Below, one piece after another: positions 26,522-33,829 of a stretch of 64,000 bases of DNA. The notes below the pieces were generated by a model. It was not told the DNA's origin. It saw only the letters and a program-made list of their open reading frames with translations, and searched no databases. Source of the DNA: Anaerolineales bacterium (lineage in GTDB: Bacteria > Chloroflexota > Anaerolineae > Anaerolineales > Villigracilaceae). The stretch is from NCBI GenBank assembly GCA_030583885.1, contig CP129480.1:2418714-2482713 (forward strand), given 5' to 3'. How positions within the stretch are numbered: the stretch's first letter is position 1; the number at the start of each line of letters is the position of its first letter. The position numbers and the translations under genes were made by a program.

Positions 26522-28240
26522 TTAGGTTCTTGTAACCCAAAGAATTTGATAAGGGTTGAGCGACAAGGATGTTCCGTTCACGATGTTTCCAGTCAGTAAA
26601 TCTTTCGCGCTTTCAAATGGCGTAGTGGGCGTTATTGTATCCGCGCTGACGTTGTGCAGGCAAATAGCGCGAGACGTTCCGTCGGGCGAAGTCCGCGCTA
26701 CGGCAAAGACTGACTTGTGCAGGTCAAGCACGTTTTGTCCGCCATGCGGATGAAACGCGGGCGAACGTCTCCGCGCCCGGAGCAGGTCACGATAGCGGGA
26801 AAAGACTTGCGAACGCAGGGATGACGGGTTGGCAAGATTGCGCTGCAGGGAATCAAAATCGCACTTCTGGCGGTTGATGGTGCGGTTGCGACCTGTCTGC
26901 TTCACACCCTCCGACCAATTGCGCAAGCCAAACAGACTGTGGAAGTAAATCCCAGGCACGCCGACCAGAGAAAGCATGATGGCCTGCGCCGCAATAAAAC
27001 GGTCTATTTGCAAACTCAGCGGTTCGTCACCATGTGGGTTTGAAAGCGCATCGAAGAAGTTGATGTTCATTTCATACGGGCTTTGCGAGCCGTCGGGATT
27101 CTGTTTGTACGAGATCAAGCCGCCGTGCGCGAGAGTCATTTGCACGAGCGAGTCGCTGTCAGCGGTGGATAAAATTCCACGAGCAGGATTCAAGCCCACC
27201 CCGTCGTGTGAGGCGAGAAAGTTGAAGAAGGTCGTCTTATCGGAAGGCAGGGTCAGCGAGTCTGCCCAATCCGAAAGAATGTGTGCATCGCCCATGTGGA
27301 AGGTATGCAGCGTCAGCGGCGGCAGGGCAAAGTTGTAGACCATCTGCGCTTCGTTCGCGCCGTCGCCGAAATAGGAGATGTTATCGGCGTGCGGCACATT
27401 GGTCTCGGTGATCAATTGCACATGCGGCGCAATCTCATCGAGCACCGCGCGCATGAGTTGAATGATGCGGTGCGTTTGCGGCAGGTGAATGCAGGGCGTG
27501 CCGGTCTGCTTCCACAGATACGCGATCGCATCGAGGCGGATAAAGTCCGCGCCGCGTTCGGCATACATCAGAAGGATGTCGATGATCTCCAACAACACAG
27601 CGGGGTTTTTGAAATCGAGATCAATCTGGTCGTCACTGAAAGTCGTCCAAACCTTCTTCTCCCCCGAAGGTGTTTGAAACGAGGTCAGTAATGGCAGCGC
27701 GCGCGGACGGACGACCTGCGAAAGATTCGGCTCGCCGCCGTCCATCACGATAAAGTAATCTTTGTACTGCGGGTCGTCCTGTAAAAACTTTTGAAACCAC
27801 TCGCTCTGCGATGAAATATGATTGACGACTGCGTCGAACATCAAGCGGAAATCGTCCCGCATCGCCGCGACATCATCCCAATCCCCCAGCGCAGGATCAA
27901 TCGCGCGGTAATCCACGACCGAAAAACCATCATCCGAAGTCCAGGGATAGAACGGCAGGATGTGAATCCCGCTGACAACATCCCGTAGGTGATGGCGGCA
28001 AAATGTGCCCAGCGTTCGCAGCGGCGCCTCGCCCGGCCTTTTAACCTGATCGCCATACGTGATCAGGATCGCATCCCGTTCTGTGACTCCCCCCTCCCGC
28101 GCGGACAGGCGCGTGCGGTACCCTGCCATGATCTCCTGTAGACGGATATCTACTTCGGGCGCTTTCCCGGAACCATAAAGATAAGCCAGATCATCCAATA
28201 CATCTTCAATCATGGGTGTGATTTTACCTTTAAGTCGCAA
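26522..28240 (-). CDS. GH13_18 sucrose-phosphorylase-family enzyme, probably glucosylglycerate phosphorylase
   Basis: LITYGD, HILPFYP.TSDDGF, DAVVNH, RLDAIAYLWK, ITETN, FLASHDG, SPYEMN. Confidence 0.85.
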   Translation of the reverse strand: MRLKGKITPMIEDVLDDLAYLYGSGKAPEVDIRLQEIMAGYRTRLSAREGGVTERDAILITYGDQVKRPGEAPLRTLGTFCRHHLRDVVSGIHILPFYPWTSDDGFSVVDYRAIDPALGDWDDVAAMRDDFRLMFDAVVNHISSQSEWFQKFLQDDPQYKDYFIVMDGGEPNLSQVVRPRALPLLTSFQTPSGEKKVWTTFSDDQIDLDFKNPAVLLEIIDILLMYAERGADFIRLDAIAYLWKQTGTPCIHLPQTHRIIQLMRAVLDEIAPHVQLITETNVPHADNISYFGDGANEAQMVYNFALPPLTLHTFHMGDAHILSDWADSLTLPSDKTTFFNFLASHDGVGLNPARGILSTADSDSLVQMTLAHGGLISYKQNPDGSQSPYEMNINFFDALSNPHGDEPLSLQIDRFIAAQAIMLSLVGVPGIYFHSLFGLRNWSEGVKQTGRNRTINRQKCDFDSLQRNLANPSSLRSQVFSRYRDLLRARRRSPAFHPHGGQNVLDLHKSVFAVARTSPDGTSRAICLHNVSADTITPTTPFESAKDLLTGNIVNGTSLSLNPYQILWVTRT

Positions 28241-28344
28241 GCAGGGGAATAAATATATTTAGGAAGCGTTAATTTTAGGGGAGGGAACCGCAACTTTTTA
28301 GAATTTTCGGCGTATAGTAATTCGAATAACGAAAGGAGATAGCA

Positions 28345-28539
28345 ATGACCGTTCAACGACATCCCCTGCGCAGATCGAAACGCAACCGCATTGTGGCCGG
28401 CGTGTGCGGGGGACTCGCCGAATTCTTCGGGATCAGTTCCTTCTGGTTCCGCCTCGCGCTGGTGATCGCACTGATCCCGGGCGGCGTGCCGGGGATACTG
28501 ATCTACCTGATCGCGATGATCATGATCCCCTCGGAATAA
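28345..28539 (+). CDS. PspC domain protein
   Basis: LRRSKRNRIVAGVCGGLAEFFG...IYLIAMIMIP. Confidence 0.9.
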   Translation: MTVQRHPLRRSKRNRIVAGVCGGLAEFFGISSFWFRLALVIALIPGGVPGILIYLIAMIMIPSE

Positions 28540-28555
28540 GCACCCTTTGAAATAT

Positions 28556-28589
28556 AAAAAGAAGACCCGCGCATGCGGGTCTTCTTTTT
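28556..28589. terminator. Bidirectional intrinsic terminator between pspC-like and carD-like genes
   Basis: AAAAA-GAAGACCCGC-GCAT-GCGGGTCTTC-TTTTT. Confidence 0.85.
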
Positions 28590-28628
28590 ATATTCTTATC
28601 AGTTTTTTTCTTTATCCTGTCGATCCAT

Positions 28629-29105
28629 TTAACGCAACAACAACCGCTGAAGTTCCTTCTCCGCTTCGAGCGGCGTGATCGAGAAAACAAAACTCCATTC
28701 CCCGATCAGCGCCTTCTGGGCGCGCCGCATTAATGCGTTATCCGATTCGCTCCAGGAGCGGGATTGACGGTTGGCGGAAAGGTCACGAATCGCCTTGCAA
28801 AGGGACTCTGCCTTGCCGTCCTCCAGCATCTCGGACACCTGCAGGTTGCGCTGACGGCGGTCATCCGGGAGCGGTTCCGCGGGACTCGACAGGATGGAAA
28901 GCAGCTTCCGGAAACCGGCCGTGTTGTTCGGAAAACGCAGGCGGCGTTTCAACTTATCATCGGCAGGGACCCAGATGGTCAGGTCCGCCATTTGGACCAT
29001 GTAGTAGGAGGTGATCTTGTCGAAGAAGACGCGTTCCTCGATCGCAAGCACCCGCCCGAGCCCATGGGTGCAGTGGACGACATTATCACCCGTCTGGAAT
29101 TCCAT
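28629..29105 (-). CDS. carD: CarD family transcriptional regulator
   Basis: FQTGDNVVHCTHGLGRV, LTIWVP, ESLCKAIRDL, RAQKALIGEW; GGAGG RBS. Confidence 0.8.
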   Translation of the reverse strand: MEFQTGDNVVHCTHGLGRVLAIEERVFFDKITSYYMVQMADLTIWVPADDKLKRRLRFPNNTAGFRKLLSILSSPAEPLPDDRRQRNLQVSEMLEDGKAESLCKAIRDLSANRQSRSWSESDNALMRRAQKALIGEWSFVFSITPLEAEKELQRLLLR

Positions 29106-29266
29106 CGTAGCCTCCTTGTCTGGTCTTGAAAAAAAGAAAACCGCCACCCCTTTTAAAGGACTGGCAGTTGGAACCCGTCGATCCTGTGAGTTATATCGAT
29201 GATTATATCACGCATCACGGGCGGAGACGCATCTTCGTCCAGGGGAGTGGCTAATTTCGTGGGCTA

Positions 29267-29336
29267 ACCACGAAGGCGCTAAAACACAAAGCCGTCAAGA
29301 AACCTTTGAGTCTTCGAGCCTTTGTGGCTTCGTGGT
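29267..29336. repeat. REP-like palindromic element (ACCACGAAG...CTTCGTGGT)
   Basis: Terminal 9-bp inverted repeat with inner CACAAAG/CTTTGTG arms. Confidence 0.65.
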
Positions 29337-29378
29337 CTATGAAAGCCCATCCTTTTCGTCACTCCCCGTCCAGGGCGC

Positions 29379-30041
29379 TTATTTTGGGATTCGATACCCC
29401 ATCAACTCGGATTTTGGATAATATTTTTCACTTACTTCAAATATCTTCGTCTGCGGATTGTGCTGATTGCCGCCCAGCACTTTGATGTGAGTCTCTGTCT
29501 CTCCAAGATAGAAGCCGACATGACCATAGATCCTCTCGCGCCGAAAGATGACAATACAGCCTCTGCGAGGCGTTTCGACCTCCTGCCCCCAATACAACCA
29601 GGATCTGGCAAGCGCGTTTTTCGTAGGTTCATAGCCCGCCTGCTGAAGGCACCAATTCACAAATGCGGAGCACCAGGGCGTTTCGTCACGGGAGAGGGCG
29701 TGCGTGCCCAGGTTCTCTGTGGAACGCAGGTACTCCAGCACACGAGGATTGTTCCCGCGCCCGGGGATCTCGCTGATTCCCTGCTCCGCCTCCGCGATTG
29801 CCATCCAGGGAAAATCCTCGCCCGGCGGCGGGATGTAGGGGACTTTCGCGAGGAACTTCGCCGACGACCATGCCTCCGCGTCTTTGAAGCGAAATTGAAT
29901 CCACTGACCGTCCTCCGATTCGCCGATCTTCTCGATGACCTCGTCAACCACCAGCCTGCCCAACGCCTTGGAGGAGGCACTGGGCGCTTCACGCACATTC
30001 AGGGTTGCAATCGAGCGGTATTTTCCGGTTTCCTCTGCCAT
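29379..30041 (-). CDS. SH3b domain plus TIGR02594-type (NlpC/P60/CHAP-like) peptidoglycan amidase
   Basis: LNVREAPS...GQWIQF (SH3b); PWMAIAEAE.G.SE, DETPWCSAFVNWCL, GHVGFY, VLGGNQ. Confidence 0.8.
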   Translation of the reverse strand: MAEETGKYRSIATLNVREAPSASSKALGRLVVDEVIEKIGESEDGQWIQFRFKDAEAWSSAKFLAKVPYIPPPGEDFPWMAIAEAEQGISEIPGRGNNPRVLEYLRSTENLGTHALSRDETPWCSAFVNWCLQQAGYEPTKNALARSWLYWGQEVETPRRGCIVIFRRERIYGHVGFYLGETETHIKVLGGNQHNPQTKIFEVSEKYYPKSELMGYRIPK

Positions 30042-30156
30042 ACAGCCTCCATCGGGTACTCCGGCACAGGTTCGATTCTACACTGCCGCGCCCGCATATC
30101 AAGGGTTTGGACCATCAAGGACAGGGAATAGTGTGCTAATGCCTCAACAGCGGCAT

Positions 30157-30543
30157 TTATTCCTCTTCCACTTCGAGCAGCATGCGGACCACGCGCACGC
30201 GCCGACCGGAGGCAATTGGGGCCTGGCTGACGGCATCCCATTCTCCGTTCGAGACCAGAACCTTTCCATCCCGGAAAACGGTCGTGAGTGTTTCGCCCAC
30301 CGCTCCAACCGGGCGGTCGCTCGGTTCTTTTTCCAAGCCACCCAGTTTTTTAAATTCTCCCTTATCGATAAACGGGATGAGCAGCACAAGCCCAGGGCCC
30401 CTGTCGCCGATATTCCGCCCGAGACGATAGACGGTCAGGCGTGTATCCTCGCGCACAATGCGAATGGCAGTAGCAAGCGAGATGAACATTACAATGAATA
30501 TTGCAGCAATGAGGCAAAAAAAGGAACCGTAGATACTTTCCAT
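30157..30543 (-). CDS. Small membrane protein: SPFH-like N-terminal segment plus NfeD-like C-terminal OB fold
   Basis: IRIVRE..R..VYRLGR...GPGLVLLIPFIDK; VGAVGET.T....GKVLV..GEWDAVS..PIASGRRVRVV. Confidence 0.7.
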   Translation of the reverse strand: MESIYGSFFCLIAAIFIVMFISLATAIRIVREDTRLTVYRLGRNIGDRGPGLVLLIPFIDKGEFKKLGGLEKEPSDRPVGAVGETLTTVFRDGKVLVSNGEWDAVSQAPIASGRRVRVVRMLLEVEEE

Positions 30544-30732
30544 GTGTACTCCTTACAAGTAGTTGTCAGCCGATTTGTTAGAATGGCCTATCGTCCATTT
30601 TACACAAAAGTCAGCAGCAAACCTTTTCACGCAAAGCAGGGTGACTCGCCAGGGATTGACCCTCATCCCGTCTGGCAAGACTTTTCTGCTTGATATGACG
30701 ACGGACGGCATGGAAGAGTCGCCCTGCCCATT

Positions 30733-30822
30733 GAACGCCTCCGCCAGCAGACTCTCAAACAACCCGTCGACCTGTCTCTCACTCTCCCCCATCCGCCCCC
30801 GCAGGGACTCAACATGCGCAAA
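30733..30822 (-). pseudogene. Orphan duplicate of the hsdS 3' conserved region
   Basis: Encodes VESLRGRMGESERQVDGLFESLLAEAF versus hsdS VESLRGRMGESTRQVEGLFESLLAESF; 27-bp identity 30739-30765 = 30918-30944. Confidence 0.85.
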
Positions 30823-30830
30823 GGAAATCA

Positions 30831-30899
30831 TCCACGAATGGAACCACGAATACTCGAACCGCGAGTCATCCATTCGTGCATTCGTGAAAAATTCGTGGA
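30831..30899. repeat. REP-like palindromic element (CCACGAAT x2 ... ATTCGTG x3)
   Basis: TCCACGAAT/ATTCGTGGA terminal inverted repeat with internal copies. Confidence 0.7.
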
Positions 30900-30905
30900 C
30901 GGTCT

Positions 30906-32024
30906 TCACCCAAAACTCTCCGCCAGCAGACTCTCAAACAACCCCTCCACCTGCCGCGTGGACTCGCCCATCCGCCCACGCAGGGACTCGACCCGCGCCA
31001 CCACGCCCGCAAACTCTTCTTGCAGGCTCAGCGGTGGGACAGGGATTGCCAATTCTTTCAGTTTTTCACCAGTCAAATGTGCAAACGTAACTTGTGAAGT
31101 TGAATCAACCAAGCCACCACTTTGCGCCATCCACCAAAGTAAATGAACAATGTATTCTGGATTTGCTAATTTTGAATTAGGGCGTGCCCGATGTAATGCC
31201 TTTTGAAAATAACATTCTTCCATTTCATTACGCCAAATTGCGGCTCGACCAACTTCTCCGCCTTCGCAAATCAAAACATCGCCATATTGAAGTCGAAATT
31301 CTTTTCGGTCCTTTTCATCAAAATCCATTTCGGCAATATCAGATAAATCGAGACTATGCCATCGAACATTGAAGTTTCGCAAATAAGGACGCTTGTTTTT
31401 GCCAGTTTGTTTTTTGTCGTCCAACATTTTGCCTAACCGAGTTTCGCAAACATCTTCAAATCTCGCCAATTCCCATTTTTTATCATTTACTCTTACGTGA
31501 CCAAACATCTCCAAAAACACGGACTGGAGCAGGGCATCGCCGAGATCGTGCGCAGTACGCCGCAGTTGACGCAGATGGTCAGCGCGCCTCAGCAGGGACG
31601 CAATTCGCTTTTGCTCATCCATCGAAGGATATTGAAACTTATAGTCTTTCAGAAATTTGAAATGACGACTGTAACCAGCAGAAGGAATATCAAAACTCAA
31701 TAATTGATAGTAAGCAAATAATGGAAGAATATCTTTGTTTGGCTTAAGTACTTTCGTTCCGTCTGCTCCAAGAACAAATGGGAAATCAACGTATTTCAAA
31801 ATTCTTGTGTGGTCGCCAAAAATAACAACTGGTAAATTATCTCCCCAAACTAATTCTTCATCGTCTGTGTAACCTGCAATAAAATTTTGACCTTGATCGA
31901 CAATTGGATATTTACCAGAGTGCAAAAACTCACTTTGGTCTACTTTTGTGGCTTTCGCTGTAATATCGGTGAAAGCATCTTCAAAAGTTACTTTTTGCCA
32001 ATCAGCCAAATTACTACTTACCAT
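30906..32024 (-). CDS. hsdS: Type I restriction-modification specificity subunit
   Basis: Two TRDs separated by PSMDEQKRIASLL...LLQSVFLEMFG and ending IPVPPLSLQEEFA...FESLL. Confidence 0.93.
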   Translation of the reverse strand: MVSSNLADWQKVTFEDAFTDITAKATKVDQSEFLHSGKYPIVDQGQNFIAGYTDDEELVWGDNLPVVIFGDHTRILKYVDFPFVLGADGTKVLKPNKDILPLFAYYQLLSFDIPSAGYSRHFKFLKDYKFQYPSMDEQKRIASLLRRADHLRQLRRTAHDLGDALLQSVFLEMFGHVRVNDKKWELARFEDVCETRLGKMLDDKKQTGKNKRPYLRNFNVRWHSLDLSDIAEMDFDEKDRKEFRLQYGDVLICEGGEVGRAAIWRNEMEECYFQKALHRARPNSKLANPEYIVHLLWWMAQSGGLVDSTSQVTFAHLTGEKLKELAIPVPPLSLQEEFAGVVARVESLRGRMGESTRQVEGLFESLLAESFG

Positions 32025-33822
32025 TTACCAATTTTCCAAGTTCTTTTATTTCATCAAGCATCACACTTTCCAACTTTGCCAACCGTTCCAGCGTCACAGA
32101 CGGCTTCTCGTGATAAACGGCGTCCGCATCCACTTGACGGTAGCGGCTGGCAGAGAGATCGTACTTGTTTGCCTTCACCTGCTCCTTCGTCACCCAGAAC
32201 TGGCGGGTCAGACGATCCAATTCAGATTGGGGAGCAGAGATTTGAGATTCGATATTCGACAGGCGCGTTTGCGCGGCAGATAAATCAGCCCCCACCCGTC
32301 CTCCCCCAAATACGACAGTTTTATCTTGGTTGTCATCCAAAGTTTCCATGTCGGATTTGGGGGAGGTGCCGAAGGCGGAGGGGGTTGAAATGCCACTCGA
32401 AGCAGAACCAATCACATGGTCGAAGGTGAGGCGATTAATCTCCGCCTGCATCTTTCGTCTTTCCTCTTTCAACGGCGCAAGCAAAGTCCGCAATTCATCC
32501 ACGCGCAACTTTCTACTTTCCACGAACTTCTTATTCGTCCGCTTCTCCCAACAATTCACCACATCGGGAATATCATTCTCATCAATCGCCACCCGCTTAT
32601 CGTCCAGCGAAAAACCATCGTGCGCCATATCATAGAACCAAATATCTTTCGTCTGCGCGCCGCGCGTGAAGAACAGAACCGCCGTGCTCACCCCCGCGTA
32701 CGGCTTGAACACACCCGAAGGCATCGACACCACCCCGTCCAGCCGATTCTCCTCTATGATCCTGCGACGCACCTCCACATGCGCGCGGCTCGACCCGAAC
32801 AGCACCCCATCGGGCACGATCACCGCCGCCCGTCCGCCCATATCCAGCGCCCGCAAAATCAAATGCAGAAAAAGCAACTCGCTCTTCGTCGTGTCCGCTG
32901 GCAGCGTGGGATGAACGCCGCCCTTATCCACCGCGCCCTTGAACGGCGGATTCATCAGGATCACGTCATACTCGCGCTCATCATCGAACGACTTCGACAG
33001 CGAATCCATGTAATAGAACTGCGGCGACTCGATCCCGTGCAGCATTAGATTCATCGACCCGATCCGCAGGATGGTCATCCCCGAATCATTATCGAAACCC
33101 CGCAAATATTTCTTCGTCGACATGAACGATCTTTCCGCCGCCGACAACTGGTCGCCAATCAGATGGTGTGCCTGCCCCTCGGCATCGTACTCCAAAATCC
33201 CCGCCGATGTATGCTTCTCCAAAATATACTGGTGCGCGTTGACGAGAAACCCGCCCGTCCCGCCCGCCAGATCGCCAATGCGCTCGCGCGGCTTCGGATC
33301 CACCATCTGCACCATCATGCGGATAATATGCCGCGGCGTGCGGAACTGTCCACCGCGCCCCGCAAACTGCATGTGACCCAGCATATACTCATACAGATCG
33401 CCCTGCACATCCTGATTCTGCTCCGCGATCTTCATCTGATCGATCAAATTACACGCCTCGATCAACAACCCCGCCTTATTGATCTTACACTGCGCCCCTT
33501 TCATATACTCCCCAAACGACGACTTCACATCAGCCAACTCGACCAACCCTGGGAACACTACATTCTTCAGATGACTCAACGCCTCCTCCGCCTTCATCTG
33601 CGTCCAATACCCCCAACGCATCTCCCTCTTAACCGACGGCTGATACGTCGTCCCCTTGCGTTTTGCCTGCCTCTCAGCCGCGTTCTCGCGGTCATCCAGC
33701 CGCTTCAAGAACAACAAATACGAAAACTGCTCGATCGCATCGAGCGGGTTAGAGAGTCCCCCCGTCCAGAACTTATCCCAGAGGGCATCTACTTGCGAGC
33801 GAAGTTTAGGGTCGGTTAGCAT
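32014..33822 (-). CDS. hsdM: Type I restriction-modification N6-adenine methyltransferase
   Basis: GQFRTPRHI, DLAGGTGGFL (motif I), NPPF (motif IV), GVFKPYAGVST. Confidence 0.95.
   Translation of the reverse strand: MLTDPKLRSQVDALWDKFWTGGLSNPLDAIEQFSYLLFLKRLDDRENAAERQAKRKGTTYQPSVKREMRWGYWTQMKAEEALSHLKNVVFPGLVELADVKSSFGEYMKGAQCKINKAGLLIEACNLIDQMKIAEQNQDVQGDLYEYMLGHMQFAGRGGQFRTPRHIIRMMVQMVDPKPRERIGDLAGGTGGFLVNAHQYILEKHTSAGILEYDAEGQAHHLIGDQLSAAERSFMSTKKYLRGFDNDSGMTILRIGSMNLMLHGIESPQFYYMDSLSKSFDDEREYDVILMNPPFKGAVDKGGVHPTLPADTTKSELLFLHLILRALDMGGRAAVIVPDGVLFGSSRAHVEVRRRIIEENRLDGVVSMPSGVFKPYAGVSTAVLFFTRGAQTKDIWFYDMAHDGFSLDDKRVAIDENDIPDVVNCWEKRTNKKFVESRKLRVDELRTLLAPLKEERRKMQAEINRLTFDHVIGSASSGISTPSAFGTSPKSDMETLDDNQDKTVVFGGGRVGADLSAAQTRLSNIESQISAPQSELDRLTRQFWVTKEQVKANKYDLSASRYRQVDADAVYHEKPSVTLERLAKLESVMLDEIKELGKLVNGK
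32288..32386. repeat. Palindromic miniature element inserted in-frame in hsdM
   Basis: CTCCCCCAAATACGACA / TGTCGGATTTGGGGGAG inverted arms plus outer CCCCC/GGGGG arms; about 33 codons. Confidence 0.75.
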
Positions 33823-33829
33823 GAGGGGT

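Noticed and set aside
26486-26531. Hairpin AGAACCTAA...TTAGGTTCT between the phosphorylase and GT4 genes as a regulatory switch
   Set aside because: Single imperfect palindrome without a U-tract or alternative pairing; more likely a repeat remnant or stability element.
30553-30909. 118-aa ORF downstream of hsdS as a real gene
   Set aside because: It is a patchwork of a palindromic element, the hsdS tail copy and non-coding-looking sequence.
30739-30989. Invertible hsdS shufflon
   Set aside because: The repeats are direct rather than inverted, there is no silent TRD, and no recombinase is present in the window.
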